62,096 nucleotides of DNA from Octopus bimaculoides. Taxonomy: Eukaryota. A program made the position numbers and the translations under genes. Positions 27,337-41,099 of this stretch are shown piece after piece (position 1 is the first letter of the stretch; every line of letters begins with the position of its first letter). The stretch spans positions 4,696,064 to 4,758,159 of the forward strand of contig NC_068989.1 of the NCBI RefSeq assembly GCF_001194135.2. The letters run 5' to 3'. The notes beneath the pieces were generated by a model that was not told the DNA's origin, did no database searches, and saw nothing but the letters and a program-made list of their open reading frames with translations.

Positions 27337-28589
27337 TTAAAGTTCTACAGAAGCAGAGTGACTATGGTCTTGGACAACCTGATTGGCCAGCCAAGTGTTT
27401 ACTCAGATATGATTAGGACTATCCAGCAGCAAAGGAAACCTAACATTGACAACAACATTTTCCCCTAGTATATGAATGTATGCATACTTAGTTTTGTTGT
27501 GAAAGAAGTCTTAAATTTAATTAGACTAAGAAACAGATTTTGAGTTTTTTTTATATATTGTGTCATCTTGCCTAGTATAATTTTGGCTGAATATCTTGGA
27601 TAATACAACCATTTTTTATGTAACATTCTGAGAACTGCTTGCAGTCGTGGTGGTGACGATGGAGCTAGTGGTTGTACTGGTGGAGTGGCTGAACTATTAG
27701 CTGCAATTGTAATCCTATTTAAGTGGTGGTGGTGGTAGTATAATGCAATTGTAGTGCAGTGGTTGAAGTAGTGATAGTGGTTGCAGTGGTAGCTATGGTA
27801 ATTATATTGCAGTGTTTGTAGTGGTTATAGTGTTAACGGTTGTAGTGCAGTGTGTGTGTGTATGTAGGGGGGGGCGGTAATGATGATTGCAGTACAATAG
27901 TAGTAACAGTGATTATGGTTAAGCAGTGCTGCTGCTGCTGGTAGCTTTGGTGGTAGTAGCTATTGTAAAGGAATTAGATTGTTGAGGTGTGGTGGAGATG
28001 AAACTGTAAAATGAGAGAGAAGAGAGACAATTACAAAGCAGATATGGAACAAACCAAAGCCCTAATATATTTGGATTATTTAATCTTGAAAAAGTCTTGG
28101 ATTGATTTCCCAAGGAATTGTTAGATCTTCAGAATTTATTACTTGAATAATTCCTACCCACATACACGCTCATGCATATCACTCATGCACGCACATTCAC
28201 AATAAAATGTACAGCCATAGATTCATATATACTTGAACATTCTCACACAATCGTGATTAGTTTTAAACAATTGTGTGTGTGTGTGTGTGTGTGCGTGCAT
28301 GCGCACACATGCATGTGTGTAAAGATATGTGTGCAGAACATTCGTGTGATGCATATTCATACAAGCAGCCTCTCTCACTCCCTCTCTCACACACACACAC
28401 TTTCATGCCCACTAACAGCCTGTTATACATACACGCATATACACATATATGTACAGTATGGGCATATATAATCATATACAATAAAGCTATATGTGTGTGC
28501 AGTTTGTATATAAAGTACTGTTATCACTCGCCATATTGTGGTTCACCTGTCGCAATTGTCGAGGGATTATTGTAAATATATTTAACACT

Positions 28590-28850
28590 ATTATCGTCGT
28601 CGTTTTACGTCTGTTTTTTTATGCTGGCATGGGTTGGACAGTCTGACTGAGGACTGGCAAGCCAGTAGGCTGCACCAGGCTCCAATCTGATCTGGCAAGG
28701 CTTCTACAGCTATCCAGCTGTAGAAACCTTGTCAGCCCTTCCTAAGGCCAATCATTCCGAGAATGTAGTGGGTGCTTTTTACGTGCCACTGGCACGGGAG
28801 CCAGTCAGGCGGCACTGGCATCAACCACATTTGGATGGTACTTTTTACAC
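28590..28850 (-). mobile_element. Family D copy with internal fold-back
   Basis: Colinear with 25575-25770 except for an inverted duplication at 28712-28735. Confidence 0.8.
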
Positions 28851-28976
28851 TGGCAGTACTTACTTTACCTAAATATTGTGCCCATAAAAGTGCAAGTTAT
28901 ATTAAATTTCTCAAGCTGAAATACATATACAGTCTGCTTAATATTGAGTACTATCTTTGTACTGACTATTTACATT

Positions 28977-29036
<60 letters not shown>

Positions 29037-30502
29037 TCCAACACCATTCTTACAAGAGTGTTACTTATACCCAGTACAGAAATGAACAGTTCACTATTCT
29101 CCTGTCTGGTGTCTTTACCAGACAAGGAAAACAACCCTAAATGAACACACACATACATACATACATACATACACATGCGCACGCACATACACGCACGCAC
29201 GCACACACACACACACACACAACCTCTCTCTCTCTCTCTCTCTCTCAAGTAGCATCAGTAAAGAAAAGAACATCGTAAGGAAATGAGATGAGAACTTTGA
29301 AAGTTGTTTATTAATCTTCTTTTTTCAATACATTCAGTGGGAATACTTCATTCCACCCTCATCCCACCCCATTTGTGTCACATCCTTTCAGAGAGCTTTT
29401 TCAATTGGTAATTCGTTGTCATGGAAATCCCTGCCTTTCCAAGTAGCTAGTTAATTTTAAATTGGAAGATGGTTGCTAGTGGAAGGTGAAGGAGGAATAC
29501 ATCCCACCATTGTTTAAAAACAAAACAAAACAAAAAAAATTCGACCAAAACAAAACAATACCTCTTAACTTTTCCTTGGAATACTTTTTTCCAAATTTTC
29601 CAAAGATCACGTAATGACCTTCACTGTGTAGATATAAATGATTTGTATTCCATTTGTAAATCTAATCATCATTAAACATCTGCTTTCTTATGCTTGCATA
29701 GGGATTGAACCTGGAACCACATGGTTAGGAAGCAAGCTAAAAAAGCTCCATAACCTCGTCTACACCCATCTAACACTAATAAATTGTTCTGAGCTTAAAT
29801 CTTGCAGTAGGTAACTTTGCTTTCTCATACCTGAAAGGTTTATAAAAGTAATTACAGGTAGAAACCAGAGAAAATTCCTTGCAATGTTCAGCCTTGTCTC
29901 TTTATGTCTTCAGTTAAAAACCTTGGCAGGGTAGTTTCCAACTTTCACTCTGAGGATTGCTAAAATGAAATACCAGTCAAGTACCAGTTTCGTTCAAATC
30001 ACTTATACTCTTCTCACAAAATTTGTAATTTTGTGTCTATGCTATTAATCATTATTATTCATCGTTTTTCATTTTAGTGAATTATTGATAATGCCCTGGG
30101 CCTAGGTAACAAAACTCAGGTTATGATTTACTCTACCATTGTTAGAACTAAATATGTGTGTATGGACATTTGTTTGTGATAATATACTCTTATCATTCTT
30201 ATATAATCAGTTTTTGATTGTGAATTTATATTATTGTATTCCATTATTTAATACCTTTTGACTATTGCTATTGAAAACTGGACTACAATCTACATTCTGT
30301 TTGTATATGAGAGATATTAAAGTGATTTAATTAAATTGGAAATGGTAAGCTCTTAGCAAAACAAAATTTATATATCATTTCTTAAAAGGATATATATGCA
30401 CAGCTATAGCTGTGTGGTTAAGAGGTTTCCTGCATAAACTCAGAGTTCTGGGTTGGTTCTTGTTTTTTAACTCTTTTTCCTTGTGAGTAGTATTTAGTAG
30501 AT

Positions 30503-30560
<58 letters not shown>

Positions 30561-30589
30561 NNNNNNNNNNNNNNNNNNNNNNNNNNNNN

Positions 30590-30650
<61 letters not shown>

Positions 30651-31074
30651 TTAAAGAATTAGAGATTTCAGATGATCAGACAAAGAAAGAAAAATAAAAC
30701 ACAACTAAAAGGAGAACAGATATGTTATGTATATTTTTTGTATTAACAAATAATCATTATTAGTTTATTTATTTTGATAATACTATCAAGTTTTATTTTA
30801 TGAGATTAGAAAATAAATTTATGGTTCCTTAAACATATTTTTAAAAAATAGATTTAAATATCACAAAGCTTCAGTGTGGACTAAATATGAATAAGAATGT
30901 AAGCACATTCTTTCTATACTATTGATGTACAGAAGAAAGAGGAAGGGAGTCTCCTGATGGTCTGTTTCACAATTCGCTGACTACTCCTCAGAGAAGACAT
31001 ATTAAGTTCCCTTCACAATCAACAGCATAGATCACTTGCCCATAAAATAGTCTTGAATTAGTCTAGCCTTGTGG

Positions 31075-31400
31075 TACTTACTTTCCTTAAGCCTTTCACT
31101 CTTATGGGGCATAGGCCATCGATGACTTATCTCTACTGTTTTCAACTCTGGGCTGTCTTTTTTCCTGGTGCTCAGAAAGGGAGTCTGCCTTGTAGATTCT
31201 TTTCAGATTTTGTTGCCCTGAAGACCTTCCTCTCCCAGATCTGTTGGTTTTGATTTATCATTAAGGCTTCTGTAACATTTTTTTTTCTAGGTAGGGCTGT
31301 AGGCCCTACACAATCCTATTTTTACCTCTGGGAAAAGTGGTCCATATCAGTGAGGCCTCTATCCTTCAATCAGTCCAACATTAGAGGCCCTACTTGCAGC
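31075..31400 (-). mobile_element. Decayed LINE 3' end of a different RTE-like family
   Basis: cttactttccttaagcctttcactcttatggggcataggccatcgatgac...ctgggctgtctt...gtagggctgtaggcccta resembles RTE-like 3' ends with (TAAG)-type tails. Recognised by pattern only. Confidence 0.5.
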
Positions 31401-32589
31401 TTACACTCTGCTGGTATGGTTGTCAGTCATTGACTCACATAAGCCAGCTCACCACAACACGGACTAGACCTTGTGGTGGTAGCCCTATGGTGGATAGCTC
31501 AATTTGCATAGTTGTACTTCTGACAACTCATTATTATTTAAGCACAACATATTTATTTAAATACTACTGCACAGTGGCTTAGATAAATCTTTTTAGTTTT
31601 TCTCTTTTGCAAAGACTTGAAGATATTTAACACCATTTTAAGATCTCTTAACCTTATTGATATCAAAACACCTACCATGACTGCCACTGGTTTTATGATA
31701 CAAAATCTCTTAACATTAAAACTTCCATTATAATTTTATATAAGAATGTTTTGTTGTTCTAAATAACTGCTTTTGCTAAATTTTACCATATTCCTCCAAA
31801 TTATTGATTATTTTCCAAAATTAATTACAAGATATAGAAAATGCATTTCATTGTATGTATGACATTGGAAGAGTTAAAATTAAGTATGAATAGGGGAAGG
31901 TGAAATAGTGGGGAGATATGAAAATAGGGAATGGTTAAAGTAATTTAGACAAAATAATATTAAACCTTCCTAACTCTTTAGGCAAATGGTATGGTAATTG
32001 AGACTGAATGGTATTAACTCTGCCTAACTTAAACCTTATTATCAGCTAAACTTTTATCATCAGCTAATAGAGTTAGCACTTTTCCAATTTGATGAACTGG
32101 TCTCTTTTTTTTTAAGGCAAAATATCACCGGTTTGGATTTGTCTACATTAAGTGGTAGTTTATTTTCCTGTAGCTATCCACTGTGTACTGTCTGGTTTAA
32201 GTGCATGTTTAGACAGTGTTCAATTGTTTGTAAAATTCCTATTAGCAAACAAAAGCATTGCTAGTCTCAGTAAAATGGCTGGCGCTAGCATCAACATTGG
32301 ATTCTAAGTATGATTAATAAAATACATTAAATAGGGGATGAGAATAGCAGAGGTGTCATAAAAATGAGACCCTAAGGGAGGCATGAATATCACACAATAC
32401 TATCTCTTTCCTCATCAATTGCAAATTTTATGTCTAAATAAGAAATCAATTTTAATTATTTTCATTGATTATCCAGATCACAGAATTTATATCTATTTTC
32501 ATTTCATTTTTTATATTGTTATCTTACACTCCCAGACACCATCCTAACCACATTTTATCCAGCCCTTCCTTTTCTGAACAACAACTACC

Positions 32590-33050
32590 ACCATCATCAT
32601 CATCATCATCATCATCATTTTAATGTCCACTTTTCCATGCTTGTATGGTTTGGATGGAATTTATTAAGGCAGATTTTCAACAACCAGATGCTTTTCCTGT
32701 AGCCAACCCTCACTTGGTTTCAAGTAAGGCAATATTTCACCAGAACCAGACATGCTTCCATGGAAGATTAGAACAAAGGACACTGCTTACATGACGGACA
32801 TTCATTTACAACTTTTATGTGATGACAATGCATGGAAACAGTAAAACACACACACACATTTGTATATGTTTAGATATATATATACATATATATATATTCA
32901 CACACACAAAGGATATATTTCTGTTTCCAAGGCTTTGGCTGACCTGAAGCTGTAGCAGAAGAAGACACTTGCCCAAGGTGCCATGCAGTGGAACCATACT
33001 CAGAACCATGTGGTTGAGAAGCAAACTTCTTGCCTCACAGCCATGCCTGT
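32590..33050 (-). mobile_element. SINE family C' (C head, (TG)n, body, D-like (GAT)n tail)
   Basis: Head gaagacacttgcccaaggtgccatgcagtgg...accatgtggttgagaagc...cacagccatgcct at 32950-33050. Tail catcatcatttt-aatgtccacttttccatgc at 32600-32640. Confidence 0.8.
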
Positions 33051-33682
33051 GGCTCTGAAAATAGTCTCCAAGGCCAGAAACCACATTTTTCATGCACAAT
33101 CTGTATCAATCTCACTTGTTTCAAAGGACCTGCACAGTTCATGGGTACTACCACTCCTTCTTAACTAAATCATAAAATATTCTTTTAATTCTTTTAATTT
33201 TCTTTTATTTATTTTCTAGTTTTTTTGTTTTTTCTCTTTTCCTTTCTTTTCTGTTCTCAATGCCTTCATTTCTGTTCATGTCATTTCAAATTTATTATAA
33301 GAAATTCGATATTTATGGTTAGAATATGTTGTTCGATTTTGCATCGGTGATGTAATAAGGTTTACTCCATTGAAAAATGAGATTGAAAGGAAGCTAATGT
33401 CTTTTATTGAAGAGTTGGTTATGTAGAGTTTAAGTTAAATGGTGCAGAAAATCGAAGAAATAATTTTTTTTTCCTCTTTAATTCTCTCACTTTGTGTGTG
33501 TGTGTGTGTGTGTGTAGTATGTGTCTGTATGTATGTATATATATGTGTATATTTTGTGCAGTTCTTTCTACTTCCCTATTTCTTTCTATTTATGTAATGT
33601 GTGTAGGAATTGCAATCAGTCATGTGCATATTTTTGTGTATGTCTATAAATACACACACACCAAGATTTGTATGTATATGAC

Positions 33683-33684
<2 letters not shown>

Positions 33685-33777
<93 letters not shown>
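33685..33777. repeat. Long (TA)n microsatellite; representative of many (CA)n, (TA)n, (GA)n, (CATA)n, (CAT)n and (AAT)n tracts
   Basis: Read directly. Other examples lie near 5420-5461, 10380-10455, 19800-19870, 30505-30645, 46205-46270 and 51237-51330. Confidence 0.97.
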
Positions 33778-33780
<3 letters not shown>

Positions 33781-34254
33781 TGCATGCATGAATGTATATA
33801 TAAGTATGTTTGTGTATTTATGGATATATATACATGTACACATATGTGTGTGTGTGTGTGTGTGTATAGTATCTTAAACTCATGAGAAACAAGCTTGTTT
33901 TCTGTACATTTCCTTATCTAATTATGTTAATTCTACTTCCTGATTCAGCTGTAATAAATCTAAGTGAATTTACATTTTCTTTCTGAAACAATTTATGAAT
34001 GAAGTTTAAACAGAGTGAAAGAAAGAAATATGTTAGTGTCTTTTTAAGAGCTCACTTTTTGAACATTGTGTATAAATGTTTCATGTAACTTGTAGTTAGT
34101 TGTCAGTGTGCACAAAAATTGTATGTAGTGCAAATTTGATTCTTGTGACAAAGAGTGGGGTTTAACCTGAGTCTTGTAAGCCTTTAGGGCCAGGTTCCCA
34201 ATTTGAGGGCAACTTCCTTCCTTTCCTTCAGTCTTGAAGGCCCTGAAAGAAAAA

Positions 34255-34420
34255 TAGGTGCAGATATGGCTATTGATGCAGGTAGCTATATAATTAAGAA
34301 GTTTGGATGCAATCTCAGTGCATGGTACCTTGGGTGAGAGTCTTCTGCTATAAACTCAGGCCAACAAAAAAGCCTTCTGAGTGAATTTGGTAGATGGAAA
34401 CTGATAGAAGCCCTTAGTAT
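34255..34420 (+). mobile_element. SINE family C head, decayed
   Basis: catggtaccttgggtgagagtcttctgctataaactcaggccaac...gccttctgagtgaatttggtagatggaaactgatagaagccc. Confidence 0.7.
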
Positions 34421-35245
34421 TTATGTATGCATATATGCACATAAACATAGATGTGTGGTACTGGCATCGATCACGCTCATATGGTGCTTTTTACGTGCCA
34501 CTGGTACTAGAGAATGTGCCACCAATACGATATTTATACTTGTAATATTTATTGTGTGTGTGTGTAGTTGTAACTAGTAGTTCAAATAGCTTAATACTTC
34601 ACAAATAAGGACCTCAAGCAGAAGTAGTTGGTAGGTATTCCTCAAACTGTTGGTAGATATTCCATTTATCACATGCTATATCGGGATTATAGTGGTTGCT
34701 GAATGAAGATTGATATTTGAAATCTAGGAATAAGGTTAGTAGTCTTAGTTACTCCCATCATCACCACCACATACACAAGTATATACAAACTTATACACGC
34801 ACAAAAATATATATGTATGTATTCATATATACACCAAAAGGCATAAAAATGCACAAAAGTGCATAAACTCACTTGATCATACACCCATTGATGTGCCAAA
34901 TCAAAAAGCTGAGATGTGCACTAAATGCATTATTGAACATAAATGTGCAAGATAAGCTACGAAGGATATATATGGATGGATATATATATATATATATANN
35001 NNNNNNNNNNNNNNNNNNNNNNNNNNNNNNNNNNNNNNNNNNNNNNNNNNNNNNNNNNNNNNNNNNNNNNNNNNNNNNNNNNNNNNNNNNNCAATATAAT
35101 GTGCTTGCATCTAGATATATAAATGGACATCTTTGCAATTAGCCTGCTATGTTAGGTGTGGTAGCATTTGTCAAAGAAAAGTTGGACCGATTCCAGCTCA
35201 GACTTTTGACAGTAACCTGCAATTACCACAGGTAATGTACCTCAC

Positions 35246-35299
<54 letters not shown>

Positions 35300-35889
35300 A
35301 AAATATGCACACACACACACACACACACACATGCATAGATACACACATGTTTGTAAATGTTCTTGTATGTAGAACGTACAGAGATAAGAATGGATGTGCA
35401 CACATTTTTCTTCCCTGCTCCTGCAATCATTTCCACTTGTTTTCCCTGCTCTTCCTCACAATTGTACAAAGACTCGGCTACACAGTCACATGTGTTTTCA
35501 CGTAGATACACAAAAGCACTTACGCTTGGATACTTTCCTTTTGAAATATTCCTTAATATATTTCTCCTACTAGGCTCTAATTCGAACCAACTCTATCCTC
35601 TGCCTCCCCTCTTCCTTGCTTTTCTTTTTCCTCTTTCTGTCTTCTTTCCCCTTCTCCTATCTTCCTATTTTCTCCCTTCCTTTCTTTTTTTCTGTCAATC
35701 AATTGTATGTACCTGCCTGTGTCCATTTATATATTTCAAATGGAAGGGCTGGGGTGATATACATTGATTATATCCAGCTAATGTTATATAGATTAATAAT
35801 ATAATAGAATTGGTAGCAAAAAAAACAAAAAAAAAGAAGAGAAAAAAGGTCTCTCAGAGAGAAAGAGAGAACGAAATAAAAGTGTGTGT

Positions 35890-36310
35890 GCATGTGTGTT
35901 ATGCAAATTTGCAGTAAAAAGAACTCCTTCAAGCTAGTCTAGAAAAGCAGATTTACAACTGGAAAATGTGTGTGCATACAAGTATGCGTAATTTGCAAAT
36001 TTAGTGATATAAGTACCTCATTCAAATCATCATGGAACAGTTGATTTACAACTGGAAAGATATATGTATCTGTGTGTGTTTGTGTGTAATATGCAAATTT
36101 GGTGGGAGGAAAAAAAAAATACTATCCCATTCATGATAGGTAAGAGAAGTAGATGTACAAGTAGAAAATAAGTGTATGACACATATATTTATGCATATGC
36201 ATGGTTGCACTCACATCATGTATGTGTATCATGCAAATTTGGGGAGAGAACTACCCCACTTGAAGCTGCTTTGGAAAAGTGGATGTACAGCTGAAAAGCA
36301 TGTGGGGATG
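35890..36310. repeat. Degenerate 4-unit tandem repeat, each unit with (A/T)TGCAAATTT
   Basis: Motif at 35901, 35993, 36091 and 36231. Each is followed about 45-60 bp later by a gat(t/g)taca(a/g)(c/g)t(g/a)(g/a)aaa block. Confidence 0.7.
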
Positions 36311-36473
36311 GGGGTTGTGCATAGTGTGATATGTATAATTGAAAAACATGAAAGGAAGAATCTAGAAAAGAGTAAAATGCTGAGGCAAAAGAAATTGTGC
36401 GATAAAAACCAAGATCTGAGATACAAGAAAGCCATATAATCATGGTAAAGGGGATATATTATTAGAAATGATG

Positions 36474-36506
<33 letters not shown>

Positions 36507-38500
36507 GTTACAAATTTTGCCACAAGGGCAGCAATTTTGGGAGAGGGGATGAGTCAATTACATTGACCCCCCAGTGTTCAACTGGTACTTATTTTATCGA
36601 CCCCGAAAGGATGAAAGGTGAAATTGACTTTGTAATAATAATACTAATCCTTTCTGCTGTGGGCACAAGGCCTGAAATTTGGTGGTAAAGGGCTATTCAA
36701 TTACATCAACCCCCAATGCTCAGCTTGCACTTATTTTATCGACCCCAAAAGGATGAAAGGTGAAGTTGACCTTGGTAGATTTTGAACTAAGCAGCTTGTC
36801 GAGTGATTCTGCCAGCTTCTTACCTTATGTTTCAAATTTTATCACTGAGTAAACTATTTTGTGGGGATGGGTTTGTCGATTACAACAACCCCAGCACTTG
36901 ACTGGTGCTTTATTTTAATGACCCTGAAAGAATGAAAAGCAAAGTTGACCAAGGGATTTGTACTCAGAACATAAAGAGCATATTTATCATGAGCTCACAT
37001 ATGTAGAGGTTGGTGGGAGGGTGTAGTGCAATTGATTAATGTTACCCCCACACACACATGCCTTGACTATACAACTATTACTTTTATTACTGATCCTAGT
37101 AAAATAAGATATAAAGTTGATCTCAATGAGGTTTGAACTTAAAGAGTTCAGTGTTCAACTCCCTCCTTTTTTTTTTTTTCAGTTGCCTTAATAATTATAA
37201 TAATTCTGATTTCTAACATTAGCTCAAGGTCTCACATATTGGAGAAGGATTATAATTGATAATCTTGATTGATAGTTTAATTTTTCAATCCCAGAAAGAT
37301 GAAAACAAAGTTGACTTTGATGGGATTTGAAGTCAGTAAGGCAAAGCATTTATGTTAGATGCTCTACTGCATCTACCAAATGATGATTTCTTTGCCATGA
37401 ATTTGATGGGAGAATATAGCTTCTTATATTAACCCCACCTCAAAGATTTACCATAGGTACAAAGTCACAAATTTGTGGAAAATGGGTTATAGCTGCTGTT
37501 TAGCCCCAGATTTTGCACTGATACAGCAAATGTTTTCCAACTGTGACCATCTGTTCTTTTATTTTCAGACATATTTTTTCTAGGGCATCATTAATTTAAT
37601 GTGACCTTTCCTTTTTGAAGACATTAAGATGTGATTTGAGGGAGTTTTGGTTACTATTGCTGTCAAGATAATCACCTCTTAAAAAGGAGTATGCATGGTT
37701 TGTTAAATCAATTAAGAATTTCTAACAAAGGTACAAATCAACACATTTAGAATTTCACTGCAATTCTTGACTGGAATTTATTTTAGAAACCCTGGCAGGA
37801 TGAAAGCAGAGTTGAATTTAGTAGTATTTGAACTCTGGATGAAAAAGAATATAACCAATGAAAAGCAGCCTAACATTTTGTCCATTGCTTGAGTAATTCT
37901 GGCATCCAGCATAATGATAATAGTAATAATCTTATTTGCCACCAGGGTAACTGATGAGGGGAACAATTACTTAGACAAACATAAAGTTTGGGGATTTACA
38001 TTGAAAAAATTGAATGAGGAGAAAAAATACATGAAAAATAAAGATAACAATGATGCACAATAAGGGTTTCTAATTTAGGAATAAGGCCAGTAATGTTGAG
38101 GGGAGGAGGTTAGTTTATACCATCAACCCCAGTATGTGACTGAAACTTCATTTTATAGACCTCAGAGGCATGAAAGGCAAAATTGACTCAGCAAGATTTC
38201 AACTTAGAACATAAAGAGCCAGAACAAACACCACAAGGTATTTTGTCCACTGCTGTTAATGAATCTGCCAGTTTATCACAATGATAATAATAATCCTTTC
38301 TACCATAGGTACAAGGCCTGAAATTTGGCAGGAAAGGGCTAGTTGATTGCATCAACCCCTGTGTTCAACTGGTACTTATTTTATCAACCCTGATATGATG
38401 AAAGGCAAAGTTGACCTCAACATTTGAATTCAGAATGTAGCGATGGGTGAAACACTGCTAAGTATTTCATCTGTCGTGCTAACAATTCTACCTTGCTGCT
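36507..38500 (-). mobile_element. Head-to-tail cluster of about 8 SINE B copies
   Basis: Repeated ttat(c/t)(g/a)acccc...gatgaaagg...aaagttgac modules near 36590, 36735, 36910, 37085, 37280, 37790, 38150 and 38380. All are co-oriented, and several follow (AAT)n tracts. Confidence 0.8.
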
Positions 38501-38529
38501 TTAATACTTTTTCCTTTTCCTGCCTCATT

Positions 38530-38740
38530 CTTGTCCTGCAAGTTAGTTGGCAACCTCACTTGTGCTAGTGGCATGAGAAAATCACCGAGTACACACTGTA
38601 AAGTGGTTGGCATTAGGAAGGGCATCCAAGTGTAGAAACCCTGCCAAAACTGACTTTGGGACTCGTCACTGACCTGTGGCTTGCTGGAATCCTGTCCAGC
38701 CTATGTCAGCACAGAAAATGGATGCTAAATGATGATGATG
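38530..38740 (+). mobile_element. Family D copy
   Basis: gtaaagtggttggcattaggaagggcatccaagtgtagaaacc...gatgctaaatgatgatgatg. Confidence 0.8.
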
Positions 38741-41099
38741 GTGATTATCATTTTCATACCTATCCTCATCAACATTATCATGCCTGTCATCTCCACCATT
38801 GTCATTATTAGACCTACCATTGTTGTCATCACTTTAGTTTTCATCACTGTTACTATCGTCATCACTGTTGTCAGCATCACTATTGATATTATTACCCTTA
38901 TCCTCATGTATTCCTTATCATAGTTTATTGGTGGTGAGGATGGTTTAGAAAAATCAATATTCTCCACAGTGCACTCCCACATACCTCAGCTACCTAAACT
39001 AGTGCTGCCACCAACCTCTTTCTTCCGCCTCCACTCCCACTAAGTGATCCAGTGTCTTACTTTCATTTCGTGATTTGGTCTCAAACATGCCCCTCCCCCA
39101 TTCAGTCTTTTTCTTGAATCTCCATCTCCACCACCCTTACTTTCTGTTATTCAAAGACAATAGAAATTAAGAATGCCAGCAGGCAATAAGGGTTCAGTTT
39201 CTTGTCTTTTAATTGAGCTAAATTTATAATTTATTTATTCTCTGTTCTTTAAATGGTTGTTTTTTTTTTGTTTTTTTTTACTTGTTTCTTTTTTCAAATG
39301 CTACCCTCACTCTTCTATTCTTTAATGCTGCTTTCTCTCTCTCTCTGTTATCTGTGTGAATAATGATGTGTGTGTGTAGACAGTTTATAATATATATATT
39401 CTTAAATAGATACCTTATGTTATATTGTTAAAGACTGAAGCAAAGGGATGTGAGATGGAAAGAACAAAAAGCAACAATAATAGCAGAAGCAAGAACATTT
39501 GCTAAAAAATGATGCAGATGATCGTAGCAGCAGTGATGATTACAACCATGCTATTCACAATGATAATAATGACAATAAACATGATGGCAATAGTAATTAT
39601 GATAATGATAATCTCAGTGTTTTTTACATTAGTTTTGGTAACATAATTCTAGCTATTTCCTGTTTGAGTTAGGATTTTTTTTTCTTAATTTTTCTTCCAG
39701 ATCCATATTTTCTTTTGTTTTTCCTTTTCTGTTTTGTTTCCATTCTTCCTTGTCTTAATTTTTTTCTCCCCTCATATTTTTTCTTTTTGTTCTTGTATTT
39801 GTTTTTTTTTTGTATGTATGTATGTATGTATGTATGTATGTATTAGGTATGCATGTTTATATGTCTTAGGTGTGTATATGTACATACACATATCTATATA
39901 TGTATGTATGCATGTTCATTCTTTTCTTCTCTTCTATTTTTGATTTGAAATCTTACTGTAGGGAAGGAACTGGTTTCTAACAACGACAGAAAGTTCCATC
40001 ATTGAATGTAGATGACAAACGCAATATCACATTTTGAACTTGAGCCAAGTCTTGAAATTTTTTATTGTTCCATTTACAGAGATTGTATTTGTAATGTGTA
40101 TGTGTGTTAGGTGGTTGATTTCTTTTTCTGAAAACTCCGGCTTTTCTAGGTTGTTGCTTAGGCATTTACTAATGTGTGTGTGTTTATGCTTGCATACAAA
40201 CTTTACAATGCATGCATGTAAATTCACAAACATACATGTATTGTAAAGTTTCCAGCATGAATGTTTGTAAAGCTAGCACAAAAAAATAAATGTATTCCCT
40301 TCAACAGCTGTCAACTAAATATCATTGTGATATATATACATTAATGTATGTATGTGTGTGTTTATATGCGTGAATGTTTCAGTCAATTATTGACCAGCAC
40401 GTAGACCAGCTCCATGTGACATTGTTACCTCAATTGCACCTTTCATTTTTACCTTTCTTTCCATTTCTCTTGAGTGTACAAAGTAATAATTTTGATCTAC
40501 GAACTCATTCCTTATTTTTTTATCTTCTCCATATCTGAATACACACACACAACTATACACCACATACATGACACTTTTATGGTTAAATCAGTACTGTATT
40601 GGATTACTGAGAGGGAGGGCTAAGCATGTATATCATGTCATGTCACTAACACTGAAGTGTTGCTTCTGTTCCACTATCACAATTCTAAACTAGCTTAGTC
40701 CAACTAAATGTAAATAGATACCTCAGATAAGAAACAAGTGACTGCATTAATTGGCATCACTTAGCTTGAGATGAGTAAACTGATGAACATTGCTGAGTTC
40801 ATCTCTATCTGTGAGTATTGATTGTAGGTGGATGGGTTCTGCTACTAAACCAACTTCACATACACTCCCTTGAAAACACTGCTTCTCTGATGCATTATGC
40901 TGGATTTCATAGGAATGTTGGCTGTTTCACTGATTATACAACTTAAAACTATCTACTTACTTAATTACAGTGTAAGTGGTTGAATAATTGAGAGACACTT
41001 GTTCCCTTAAACATATTCCTCAAGTATAATCTGTATGATTATTTGAATTACAGCTACATTTGATCTGATGGGCTCTTACCATTTAGCAAGCTTTATATA

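Noticed and set aside
35143-35231. Possible exon ending CAG|gtaatg with two open frames
   Set aside because: The acceptor is weak, the frame is ambiguous and I recognise no homology.
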